Origin: Candidatus Aminicenantes bacterium
Lineage (GTDB): Bacteria; Acidobacteriota; Aminicenantia; Aminicenantales; Aminicenantaceae
Length of the DNA stretch: 64,000 bases
NCBI GenBank assembly: GCA_011772475.1
Contig: WVZK01000086.1
Span: forward strand, 4,406 to 68,405
Reading direction: 5' to 3'
In this document: in pieces, positions 44,327 through 53,675 of the stretch
Layout: each line of letters starts with the position of its first letter
Numbering within the stretch: position 1 is the first letter of the stretch
Program-made: the position numbers and the translations under genes
The notes under the pieces: generated by a model
The model's input: only the letters and a program-made list of their open reading frames with translations
Database searches by the model: none
Told to the model about the DNA's origin: nothing

Positions 44327-44626
44327 ATGACTAAAGTTGCCCGTGTGAACGCAGAAAAAAAAATAAAAGATTGTCGTCAACTCGTTTCTTCAAAGAAAGT
44401 GATTAAATGTCTTGAAGATTTATTTTTAAACACAAATAACGGCTTGGTTGCCTATGAGATTGGACATGAATATGAAAAAACAGGAAAAACCGAGGAGGCT
44501 ATTGAATACTATGAGCGGGCTGAGAATCTGTTCAACCAGCCCATATATAAGAATATGGCGAGAGCTGCTATAAATAATTTAGCTATAGAATCTCTCCTTG
44601 CTGCGAAGAAAAAAAAGAGAAATTAA
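44327..44626 (+). CDS. Small hypothetical protein with one TPR-like motif
   Basis: AYEIGHEYEKTGKTEEAIEYYERAENLF. No SD seen. Confidence 0.4.
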   Translation: MTKVARVNAEKKIKDCRQLVSSKKVIKCLEDLFLNTNNGLVAYEIGHEYEKTGKTEEAIEYYERAENLFNQPIYKNMARAAINNLAIESLLAAKKKKRN

Positions 44627-44661
44627 GCTTTCATTTCTGGAGATAAGGCCCATCAAACCTT

Positions 44662-45762
44662 ATGAAATCAATATTGAAGTTCTATAAACAGCACGCCGCC
44701 CTTTTCGAATTCCTTAAGTTATTGATTTTCCTTTATCTGTTCGTTTTTAGTCTCGAATTGATGGGGACTTCGCTTAAAATGTTCGGGAAAGGGCTGGCGA
44801 CAAATCTAATTCAAACCACGACCAATCCTCTAGTAGGCTTATTTATCGGAATTCTGGCGACTTCTTTTATCCAATCCTCTTCTTCTACTACATCCATTGT
44901 CGTAGGCCTCGTGGGGGGCGGAGTTTTGAATGTCGCTAATGCCATACCCATAATAATGGGGGCCAATATAGGAACTTCCGTGACTAACACGCTCGCCTCT
45001 CTTACCCAGATTAATCGCAATATTGAATTTCAACGCTCATTTTCAGTAGCAGTTGTGCACGATTTTTTCAATTTGCTGGCAGTAATTGTGATATTTCCTT
45101 TGCAGTATTTTACGAATTTCTTGGGCCAGATTGCGAGCTTTATGGGCGAGGAATTTCAACACATTGGAGGCCTGAAATTTCTAAGTCCTGTAAAAGCGAT
45201 AACCAAACCTGTCGTAGGAGTTATAAAGAACTGGATTGGAGATCAACCCTGGATTTTGTTGGTTTTATCTTTTGTTTGTCTGCTTTTGGCGTTATCTCAG
45301 ATGGTGAAATCTTTAAAAGCCTTGGTAGTGACAAGGGCGGAGGCCTGGTTCGATCGCTATTTATTCAAGACACCTTTGAGGGCATTTCTGGTTGGATTAA
45401 TGTTGACTGTAATGGTGCAGAGTAGTTCTATCACGACTTCCCTTGCGGTTCCAATGGCAGGGGCAGGCCTCTTGACCATTGTCCAGATTTTCCCTTACAC
45501 TGTAGGGGCCAATATCGGGACAACGGTAACAGCGATTCTTGCTGCTCTAGTAACGGGAAATCTTTCGGCGATCATTGTGGCTTTTTCTCATCTACTTTTT
45601 AATATATCTGGAATGATTATCTGGTGGCCTTTGAAATTCGTGCCTGTCTCTTTAGCCCAAAGATTTTCCAAGTTTGCGACCCGGAAGAAACTGATTCCAG
45701 TCTTTTATATTCTGATTGTTTTTTTCCTTATACCCATTCTATTGATTTATTTTTTGAGGTAG
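44662..45762 (+). CDS. Na/Pi cotransporter family protein (membrane part only)
   Basis: Duplicated motif IQSSSSTTSIVVGLV / VQSSSITTSLAVPMA, typical of PF02690. Confidence 0.8.
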   Translation: MKSILKFYKQHAALFEFLKLLIFLYLFVFSLELMGTSLKMFGKGLATNLIQTTTNPLVGLFIGILATSFIQSSSSTTSIVVGLVGGGVLNVANAIPIIMGANIGTSVTNTLASLTQINRNIEFQRSFSVAVVHDFFNLLAVIVIFPLQYFTNFLGQIASFMGEEFQHIGGLKFLSPVKAITKPVVGVIKNWIGDQPWILLVLSFVCLLLALSQMVKSLKALVVTRAEAWFDRYLFKTPLRAFLVGLMLTVMVQSSSITTSLAVPMAGAGLLTIVQIFPYTVGANIGTTVTAILAALVTGNLSAIIVAFSHLLFNISGMIIWWPLKFVPVSLAQRFSKFATRKKLIPVFYILIVFFLIPILLIYFLR

Positions 45763-45772
45763 GAGGGAGTCG

Positions 45773-46444
45773 ATGTTTAAAGAATGGATTGCAATCTTTA
45801 AGAAGGATACGTTGATGGACCGTGCTTATAAACGATCTTATTTGATGTTAGACTTAACGCGCCAAATGTTTATAAGGGCCAAGGAATCGCTGCGGTATTT
45901 AGAGGATAATCAAGTTGATATTGATATTAAGGATAAAGATTTGGAAATCAATAAGTATGAGCGGGAGGTGCGTCGTAATGTGTTTAATCACCTTGCAGTC
46001 AGCGGAGCGGCTAAGCTGCCTTCAGGTTTGGTTTTAGTAAGCATTATCATCGACATTGAACGAATCGGAGATTACACCAAAAATATTGTTGAACTGGCCC
46101 TGAATCATTCTGGGAAGTTACACGGAGGGAAATTTGAAAAAGATTTGCAGCGAGTGGAAGAGGCGATGGAAGAGAATTTTGCTAAGACTCGAGATTGCTT
46201 TGAATCCTGCGAAGAGGCTGAGGCTTTGAAGCTGCTTGAAGAATATAAATGGGTAAATCCCATCTGTGACAAAATATTAATAGGGCTGATTAAAGAAGAG
46301 GACAAAAACATCCGTCCTGGCGATGCGGTATCTCTTGCCATGTATTTCCGCTGGCTAAAACGGATCAATTCTCATATGCGGAACATTATGACAAGCGTCG
46401 TCAATCCATTTGATAGAATAGGCTTCGAGCCAAAGACACGATAA
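45773..46444 (+). CDS. PhoU-like domain protein
   Basis: IIDIERIGDYTKNIVE and helical repeats. It sits where Na/Pi cotransporters of the YjbB type carry a fused PhoU-like tail. Confidence 0.7.
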   Translation: MFKEWIAIFKKDTLMDRAYKRSYLMLDLTRQMFIRAKESLRYLEDNQVDIDIKDKDLEINKYEREVRRNVFNHLAVSGAAKLPSGLVLVSIIIDIERIGDYTKNIVELALNHSGKLHGGKFEKDLQRVEEAMEENFAKTRDCFESCEEAEALKLLEEYKWVNPICDKILIGLIKEEDKNIRPGDAVSLAMYFRWLKRINSHMRNIMTSVVNPFDRIGFEPKTR

Positions 46445-46463
46445 ATCTTGCAGGGAATCGATC

Positions 46464-47822
46464 TTATTTTTCGTTTATTCTCTTAAAAATATAATATGCG
46501 GGAATTCCCGCTAGCACGGTTAGAATCGCAATCAATGAGGGAATCGGGCCTTCAAGAAAACCCAGAGTAAGAATCGAAACACCTGCGAGTATGTATATGA
46601 TGGGAATAACGGGATAACCCAGCATTTTATACTCACTTTTATTTAAACTTCTTAGCTTAAAAACACCAATTACTGCCAGAATCGGGAAAATGCCAAGGGA
46701 AAAACCCATATAAGTCAATATCTTGTCAAGAGTCCCTGATAACACTATGACTATCGCAATTACACACTGCAGCAATATTGATTTTGAAGGAACTCGGTAA
46801 ACACTGTTGACCTTGGAAGCAAACTTGAAGAAATACCCATCTTTAGCCATTGAGTAATAAACTCTCGGGCCCAGAATGATGAAGGCGCTCAAAGATGATA
46901 GAAGGGCGAAGGATATCAGGACTGATAAAAAGCTCTCGAAAGATTTACTGAACAGATTTCTCACTGCAAGACCACCTATGGAGATGACCCCACTCATTTC
47001 TTCAGGCGAAGCGCCATAGACATAAAATAGATTCAAGCCGAAATAAAGAAGGATGACTATTCCAGTTCCCAGGATCAAAGAAAGAGGCAGATTTTTCTTC
47101 GGGTTTTTTATCTCTGATCCTATGTAAGCGGATGCGTTCCAACCGCTGTAGGCAAACATTATCCACATTAGAGAAAGACCAATGACTTTCCATCCTCCAA
47201 AATCAAAGATGAACTCTTTACCCTGGGAGAAATGATCGAAATTCCCTTTTCCAAAGGAAAATCCTATCAATATAAGACCAGCTATCAAACCGACTTTTAA
47301 TAATGTCAGTAAATTTTGAACTCTTGTCCCGAATATAATCCCTCTAAGATGAACCAAGGTAAAAACCAAGATAACAAGGATCGAATAAAACTTTTTTAAG
47401 GCCATTGCTTCAAAATCTTCCCCGAAAATCCCTAAACTTAGAAGCTGAGGAAAAGCTCTGGTTAAATATTCTGTAAATCCTATGGCAGAAGCAGCTACCG
47501 GAGCAGAAAAACCGACAAAAAAGGAGACCCAACCGCTTAAGAAGCCGAACAGAGGATTGAATAATCTGGAAAGGAAAATATATTCACCTCCTGCCTGCGG
47601 TATTGCTGCGCCAAGTTCGCTGTAGCATAAAGCGCCGCACAGCGCTATCAGTCCCCCCACAATCCACAATGCCATCAGTAATAAAGGATTACCCAGGTCT
47701 TCCATTAACAGCCCGGATGTAACGAATATTCCGGCTCCGATCATATTGGCAACGACGATGTTTGTTACGGGGAAAAGCCCAAGTTTTCTTTCTAGGGAAT
47801 TTTCAGGTAACTTATCGGGCAT
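46464..47822 (-). CDS. APC superfamily amino acid permease
   Basis: 12 TM segments. The N-terminal VANMIGAGIFVTSG motif. Confidence 0.85.
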   Translation of the reverse strand: MPDKLPENSLERKLGLFPVTNIVVANMIGAGIFVTSGLLMEDLGNPLLLMALWIVGGLIALCGALCYSELGAAIPQAGGEYIFLSRLFNPLFGFLSGWVSFFVGFSAPVAASAIGFTEYLTRAFPQLLSLGIFGEDFEAMALKKFYSILVILVFTLVHLRGIIFGTRVQNLLTLLKVGLIAGLILIGFSFGKGNFDHFSQGKEFIFDFGGWKVIGLSLMWIMFAYSGWNASAYIGSEIKNPKKNLPLSLILGTGIVILLYFGLNLFYVYGASPEEMSGVISIGGLAVRNLFSKSFESFLSVLISFALLSSLSAFIILGPRVYYSMAKDGYFFKFASKVNSVYRVPSKSILLQCVIAIVIVLSGTLDKILTYMGFSLGIFPILAVIGVFKLRSLNKSEYKMLGYPVIPIIYILAGVSILTLGFLEGPIPSLIAILTVLAGIPAYYIFKRINEK

Positions 47823-48048
47823 GATGTTATTTTGACGTATGAAATAAAAAAATCTTCCTATTGAAGGAATTAACTAAGAATTCTAATTACTTTGCCTCCT
47901 TTCTTTATGAGTAGTCATAGTAAGGAAGCATCTTTATCCCAGAATTTGGGGAAATCAAAAGATATATTTTAACAAGTTCTTCCTTTTATTGCGAGGAAAC
48001 TGTCACGTAACAATCCCCGCCTTATATCTGGATGGGATTAATTGTATT

Positions 48049-48134
48049 TGTAGGGGTTTGATTCATCAAATCAACGCTTTTTATTGTGCAGGGATTTGAT
48101 TTGTTTGTAGGGGTTTGATTCATCAAACCCGCAC
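48049..48134 (+). repeat. REP-A cluster 7 (two full copies and one half copy)
   Basis: Full copies at 48049 and 48106, and a half copy at 48086. Confidence 0.85.
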
Positions 48135-48341
48135 TTATTCAAAATTGTAATATGCAGTTTTACCCGAATTGAGGACTCGAACCTTTTTTCCCTTTTATTA
48201 TGTTATATTAATTTTTATAATATGGAAGTTTTAAAGAGTCCATACTTATAAAAAGGAGTCCTTTTCTATTTTTTGCGCCCAGCATGGACTAGGCTTCAGA
48301 ATTTCTGTAGTCTACAAAATTAGTAGAAAGGCGGTCTTGCC

Positions 48342-49214
48342 ATGGGAAAGGTTATAACTCGAAGGGATTTTATTTGTGGAAGTACCTTTGCAGTATTAGG
48401 AGCTGCAATAGGATTTTCCTCTCAACAGACAAAAAAATCAAAAGTCGTTTTGGTTCGCCATCCTGATGCACTGGATGAAAATTCCAAGATCAACGCAGAA
48501 ATAATCCAGCAGATGGTTGATGAAGCGGTTATGGCTTTGTTTGGTGAGGAAGATCCAGTTAAAGCTCTTGAAATGATCGTTAAGCCGGGCGAGGTTGTGG
48601 GGATTAAAAGCAATGTTTGGTCCTATCTTCCTACTCCGTCTGAGCTTGAGAGGGCGATCGAGCGCCGGCTGATAGATGTTGGGGTGAAAAAAGATGACAT
48701 CAGTGTTGATGATCATGGCGTGCGGAGAAATCCGGTTTTCTTAAAAGCAACTTCTCTTATCAATGTCAGACCTCTAAGAACTCATTATCTCGCAGGTATC
48801 AGCGGCTGTATGAAAAATTACATAATGTTTGCAAGGTCTCAATCCGCTTATCATCCCAACAGCTGTGCAGACCTGGGAGCCCTGTTTTCTCTACCCCAAG
48901 TAAAGGGAAAGACCCGGTTGAATATTTTGTGTGCACTTACGCCGCAGTTTCATGGTCGTGGACCCCACCATTTTAGCCGAAGGTATGTTTGGAATTACAA
49001 GGGCCTGTTTGTAAGTCAAGATCCTGTCGCGGTTGATGCCCTTGGCCTGCGGCTGCTCATGGCTAAACGCCGCGAAAAGCTTGGCAAAGATCGAGAAATT
49101 CCGCCAGTTCCGAGGCATATAGAAGTTGCCGATGTAAAGCATGGATTGGGTACAAGCGACATAAATAAAATAGAATTGATAAAACTTGGGTGGAAAGAGG
49201 ATATCTTAATTTGA
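48342..49214 (+). CDS. DUF362-like protein with twin-arginine (Tat) signal
   Basis: ITRRDFICGSTFAVLGAAIG. The VVGIKSNVW / LNILCALTPQFHGRG pattern is reminiscent of DUF362. Confidence 0.5.
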   Translation: MGKVITRRDFICGSTFAVLGAAIGFSSQQTKKSKVVLVRHPDALDENSKINAEIIQQMVDEAVMALFGEEDPVKALEMIVKPGEVVGIKSNVWSYLPTPSELERAIERRLIDVGVKKDDISVDDHGVRRNPVFLKATSLINVRPLRTHYLAGISGCMKNYIMFARSQSAYHPNSCADLGALFSLPQVKGKTRLNILCALTPQFHGRGPHHFSRRYVWNYKGLFVSQDPVAVDALGLRLLMAKRREKLGKDREIPPVPRHIEVADVKHGLGTSDINKIELIKLGWKEDILI

Positions 49215-49222
49215 GACGATCT

Positions 49223-49249
49223 TGTAGGGATTTGATTCACCAAAACTGC
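49223..49249 (+). repeat. REP-A degenerate copy
   Basis: TGTAGGGATTTGATTCACCAAAACTGC. Confidence 0.55.
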
Positions 49250-49288
49250 AATTTTTGGGAATGGTAATTTTAAAATGGGAGACATGAA

Positions 49289-51133
49289 ATGGGCTTTGCT
49301 ATGAGAAAGCTACTTTTTAAACAATCCGTTTTGCTGCTCGCAATACTGCTTGCATGTTCATTCTCTGCTGAGATTTTAGAAGCCTCTAATCTTGAATATG
49401 TAAGCAGTATATTATGGACAAAAGCCTATGATGCAAAAATAGACGGCGATCATGCTTATTGTGCCTTTTTAAACGGTCTTGTTATTCTCGATATTTCAAA
49501 CAAGTTGAAACCTGTTTTCATCTCCCGTCTCTTTCTAGGAGGAGGATTCGGAATTGATTTGAAAGACAACCTCGCCTTTATCGCTGCCGGGAAGAAAGGT
49601 TTGAAGATTGTGGATGTATCCAACATTAACGCTCCTTCTCTTACTGGCTTCTTAGACACCCCGGGCGAAGCTAAAGATATAGCATTGAAAGGCGAGCATG
49701 CTTATATTGCTGATGGCCCTTCAGGACTGCAGATAATAGACATAAGCAATCCATCATCTCCCAAACTTGCCGCCTCCTTTGATACAACTGATGACGCCCG
49801 AGGAGTGACTTTAAAAGGTAATTTCGCCTATGTAGCGGATAACTCCTCCGGATTACAAATAATAAACACCAGCAATCCTTTAACTCCGAAGCTAACAAGC
49901 TCCTACGACACGCCTGGCACCGCAGAAAGAGTTGCTGTATCCGGGGATTATGCTTATGTGGCGGATGGTTCACCTGGCCTTCAAATAATTGATATCAGCG
50001 ATCCGTCATCTCCCAAGCTTGCCACCTCTTTCATCACTTCAGGCTATGCTCATGGAGTTGCAGTAAGCGGTGATTATGCCTACGTGGGAAATCTTTATGA
50101 TGGGGCCTTTCAGATAATAAACATCAGCAATCCAAGTGCTCCTATCCTTGCTGTTACCCGCAAATACACTATGTACAACGAGGCCTGGGATGTGGCTGTA
50201 AGCGGCGAATATGCTTATATAGTGGATTATTTCGCAGGTCTCCATATCATGTCAGTGATCGATCCCTCTAAACCCGTAATGAAAGGCGTCTATTATACCC
50301 CTGGCTCAATAATAGATGCTGCAGTTAACGGCAAGTATGTTTGTGCGGTGGGCGACCTCTCTGGCTTGCAGATAGTAGATATCAGCAATGCTTCTGACCC
50401 AAAGATTGTAGGCTCAATAGGCCGCATGCGAGGAGTTCATGGTTTAACGGCAAGCGGTAATTATGTCTATATCACCGACAGATGGTCGTTAAAAATATAC
50501 AACATAAGCGATCCCGCAAAAATAAAGCTTGCCCGGCAATTTCCTGTTCCCGGTGTGCCGCGAGCAATAGTTGTAAGAGGAAACTATGCTTATATGACCT
50601 CTGATCATTCAGGATTTCATGTCATAGATATCAGCGATCCATCAGCTCCTTCGATCGTTGGCACGCATAAAATGCCGGGCTTTGCTTACGGCATTGCTGT
50701 CGAAGGAGACTATGCATATATCGCCAACAGCGACACTGGATTCCACATAATAGATGTAAGCAATCCATCTTCTCCCAAACTTACAGGCTCTTACAAAACG
50801 CCAGGCCTTACTTATGATGTGGCTATTAGAAGGGGGCATGCATATGTAGCAGATGGCTCTTCAGGATTGCAGATATTAGATATAAGCAAGCCTTCAGCTC
50901 CATCGATTGTTGGTTCGTTTGAAATGTCAGGCTTTGCCAACGGAATAACGGTTAAAGGTTATTATGCCTATGTCTCGGATGAGATTTCAGGGCTAAAGAA
51001 AATCGATATAAGTAATCCATCTTCTCCCAAACTGGTCAGCTCGTTTGATACACCTGGTGAATCTGCAAGAGCACTTGTATGCGGAGAATATATTGTTGTG
51101 GCGGATTCTTTTTCACTCTTGATACTCAAATGA
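49289..51133 (+). CDS. Secreted LVIVD-repeat beta-propeller protein
   Basis: Signal peptide. By my count there are 13 repeats of about 44 aa of the type Y-A-Y-V-A-D-x-x-S-G-L-Q-I-I-D-I-S-N-P-S-S-P-K-L. Confidence 0.75.
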   Translation: MGFAMRKLLFKQSVLLLAILLACSFSAEILEASNLEYVSSILWTKAYDAKIDGDHAYCAFLNGLVILDISNKLKPVFISRLFLGGGFGIDLKDNLAFIAAGKKGLKIVDVSNINAPSLTGFLDTPGEAKDIALKGEHAYIADGPSGLQIIDISNPSSPKLAASFDTTDDARGVTLKGNFAYVADNSSGLQIINTSNPLTPKLTSSYDTPGTAERVAVSGDYAYVADGSPGLQIIDISDPSSPKLATSFITSGYAHGVAVSGDYAYVGNLYDGAFQIINISNPSAPILAVTRKYTMYNEAWDVAVSGEYAYIVDYFAGLHIMSVIDPSKPVMKGVYYTPGSIIDAAVNGKYVCAVGDLSGLQIVDISNASDPKIVGSIGRMRGVHGLTASGNYVYITDRWSLKIYNISDPAKIKLARQFPVPGVPRAIVVRGNYAYMTSDHSGFHVIDISDPSAPSIVGTHKMPGFAYGIAVEGDYAYIANSDTGFHIIDVSNPSSPKLTGSYKTPGLTYDVAIRRGHAYVADGSSGLQILDISKPSAPSIVGSFEMSGFANGITVKGYYAYVSDEISGLKKIDISNPSSPKLVSSFDTPGESARALVCGEYIVVADSFSLLILK

Positions 51134-51190
51134 TTTATAGATTTTGAATAAATTAAAAACGGAATCTATTTAGGTTAAAAGGAGAGTAAT

Positions 51191-51529
51191 ATGAGCAAGA
51201 AGAAGAAGGAGAAGGATATCTTTTCCGAGATCGGAGATAAATTCAAGGAGCTCGGTGAGGAGATCAAGCCACATCTTGATAAGGCAGAAAAGAAGCTGCG
51301 TGATTTTGATAAGGCCATTGAGCCATCCATGGCCGAACTCGGCGAGAAGCTCAAGGAACTGGGAAGTACACTCAAACCTCCAATGGAGGATATTTCCGGC
51401 CGGATGAAAGAGTGGGGAGAGTCTATGAAGAGCACAATAGACGATATGAGTAAGCGCGTCAAAAAGTGGAAAAAAGAACAGAAAAAAAGCGAAAAGACCA
51501 AAGCAGTTAAGAAGAAGAAATCATTATAA
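51191..51529 (+). CDS. Lys/Glu-rich hypothetical protein (112 aa)
   Basis: AAAGGAGAG SD. Internal repeat GDKFKELGEEIKPHL / GEKLKELGSTLKPPM. The antisense ORF 51175..51591 is a shadow. Confidence 0.55.
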   Translation: MSKKKKEKDIFSEIGDKFKELGEEIKPHLDKAEKKLRDFDKAIEPSMAELGEKLKELGSTLKPPMEDISGRMKEWGESMKSTIDDMSKRVKKWKKEQKKSEKTKAVKKKKSL

Positions 51530-51559
51530 GCAAGCGTCTTGGGGAAGGCCCGCTTTCCA

Positions 51560-51588
51560 TTGACGCTTTTGTCTTTCTGTGGTATCAT
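51560..51588 (+). promoter_or_regulatory. Promoter of the RRM gene: TTGACG-N17-TATCAT (TGG extended -10)
   Basis: Hexamers at 51560-51565 and 51583-51588 predict a leader of about 125 nt. Confidence 0.45.
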
Positions 51589-51720
51589 CATTCATGTTGA
51601 AATTGAGGAGACCTGTGCAGCTACAAAACAAGCAGGCATCATAAGGGATGAGGGAAAATTTCAATAGGTAAAAAATATGTCCTCCCCTTATAAAAAATCC
51701 AATATTAAAAGGAAGTCAAA

Positions 51721-52032
51721 ATGAATATTTATGTAGGTAATTTGCCACGCGAGGCTACCGAAGAAGATTTGAAAGAGGCTTTTGAAGCCTTTGGGGAGGT
51801 CACATCTTACAAGATCATCAAAGACAAATTCACCGGAGATTCTAGGGGATTTGGATTCGTTGAAATGTCCAACAGTTCCGAAGCTCAAGCCGCGATCTCA
51901 GGCCTTGATGGCAAAGATCTGAAGGGGAGCACTCTTAGGGTTAACGAGGCCCGCCCTCGTCGCGATGACCGAGGCAGAGGAGGTTTTGGCCGAGGAGGCG
52001 GCGGAGGAAGCGGGGGTAGAAGACGTTTCTGA
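51721..52032 (+). CDS. RRM-type RNA-binding protein with RGG tail
   Basis: MNIYVGNL (RNP2), RGFGFVEM (RNP1), and the C-terminal RGRGGFGRGGGGGSGGRRRF. Confidence 0.9.
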   Translation: MNIYVGNLPREATEEDLKEAFEAFGEVTSYKIIKDKFTGDSRGFGFVEMSNSSEAQAAISGLDGKDLKGSTLRVNEARPRRDDRGRGGFGRGGGGGSGGRRRF

Positions 52033-52459
52033 TAATCTCCACTCTGACATTAAAGCTCACAGCCAAATTCTGAATTAAGGCTTACTTGAAAGCTGCCCAT
52101 CCGACGCATTTGTCCCAACAAATTCGTAAATACACCTACCATTCTAGTCAAAAAAAGAAGAATACCGCCAGAAAAATGCCTGATTTATCTTCACGATTGC
52201 ATGCTAATCCAGTTGTTCAATTGCGCGCTTCTCCTGATAGGCCGCAATATCCTATGCGGAGGGTAAGAAGTTGGGTTCAACTATTAAATTCCAAAAAGGA
52301 ATAATGAATGAAAAAGTATAAAAGAAATGAAAGAAAAAAAAGAGATAGGAAGAGAGAGAAAAGAAAAAGAGAAAAAAGAAAAAATAATAAATATTACATG
52401 AACTCCGGCTCCTGCTTTATCGTATAATACAATAAAGTAGATGTGAGGAGCCAGGTACT

Positions 52460-53599
52460 ATGAAAAAGGTTATTTTTATCATCGTAATAGTGGTCGTGGT
52501 CGTTGGTCTTTCTATTGTGGCCATAAGAGGTTGCCGACCGGGTAGTGACACTCAGATAGAAAACACAGCAAAAGTGGAAAGGGGGAACATCTCGAAGACT
52601 GTCGTGGCCACGGGCAAGATAGAACCTCTTTACAAGGCTGAGATCAAATCAAAAATTGGTGGCCTGATTAATCAATTTTATGTTGAGGAAGGGGACAGGG
52701 TAACTGTTGGCCAGAAGTTGGTGGAGATTATTCCCGGGGCAACACCGGTTGAAATGGTGCAGGCCCGCACCGAAGTAAAGGCCGCAGCCTACGACAAGCT
52801 CGTCGCTGAAAGACAATATCTGAGAAACAAGGAGTTAAAGGAGCAAGAACTGATTGCGCCAGAAAAGTACGATCAAGCCAAAGCCAGTTATTATACGGCT
52901 AAAGCTCGCTTTTATGCAGCTATGGCTCAATTACGAGTGCTGGAGCAGGGGTCGAATGTGGAGTCGCTAGCTGAAGGTATCGAGATTAGTGAACAAGATA
53001 GGCTTGAAATCGAAAAAGAGACACGGGAGGCCATTGCCAGCATGACACTGATTGCTCCCATCTCAGGAATTATCCTTTCCCGCGACACCGATAAAGGGAG
53101 CGCAGTCATCCCCATTTCTTCAGCCTACGGAGGAACAGTAATCATGATTCTCGCCGATGTTTCTGAGAAACATTTTCGAGGCGACGTGGACGAAGCAGAT
53201 ATCGGAAAAGTACATCTTGGCCTGCCGGCCAGAATATATGTAGAAGCTTATCCGGACGAGCCTTTTAAAGCAGAGCTAACCCACATCAGTCCTAGGGGTC
53301 GTGAGGAAGAGGACATCATTAATTTCGAGATTAAAGCGACAGTTAGAGATCAGGAGAATAAGCTCCGTGTGGGTATGTCAGCAGATGCCGAGCTTATTCT
53401 GGAGGAACATGAAAATGTTCTTGTTGTTCCGGAAGGGGCAATAATATACGAGGATGGAAAAACTTTCGTCAATATCCAGGACGATTCTGTAGAAGAAGGC
53501 ATGCGTAAGGTAGAAATAACCAAGGGCATTTCCGACGGTCTTCGGACAGAGGTTCTCTCTGGCCTTGAAGAGGGCCTGGTTGTGGTTCTTCCTATATAA
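52460..53599 (+). CDS. Periplasmic adaptor (membrane fusion protein, HlyD/MacA-like)
   Basis: N-terminal TM segment. Lipoyl-like KVERGNISKTVVATGKIEP...GDRVTVGQKLVEI, a coiled-coil hairpin and beta-barrel motifs. Confidence 0.85.
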   Translation: MKKVIFIIVIVVVVVGLSIVAIRGCRPGSDTQIENTAKVERGNISKTVVATGKIEPLYKAEIKSKIGGLINQFYVEEGDRVTVGQKLVEIIPGATPVEMVQARTEVKAAAYDKLVAERQYLRNKELKEQELIAPEKYDQAKASYYTAKARFYAAMAQLRVLEQGSNVESLAEGIEISEQDRLEIEKETREAIASMTLIAPISGIILSRDTDKGSAVIPISSAYGGTVIMILADVSEKHFRGDVDEADIGKVHLGLPARIYVEAYPDEPFKAELTHISPRGREEEDIINFEIKATVRDQENKLRVGMSADAELILEEHENVLVVPEGAIIYEDGKTFVNIQDDSVEEGMRKVEITKGISDGLRTEVLSGLEEGLVVVLPI

Positions 53600-53675
53600 T
53601 ATCCTCGCAGAAGATTTCTGTGGCCGTCCTGCAGGGATTGTATGCCTGATTTAGCCTCATGGCAAGGATTAAGTT

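Noticed and set aside
48162-48183. The reverse strand reads GGTTCGAGTCCTCAATTCGGG, which resembles a tRNA T-arm plus acceptor 3' end. That would suggest a tRNA gene or an integration-site remnant.
   Set aside because: The T-stem cannot pair (AAAGG versus CCTCA). No D-arm or anticodon arm can be built upstream. No second copy or integrase lies nearby. It is most likely chance.
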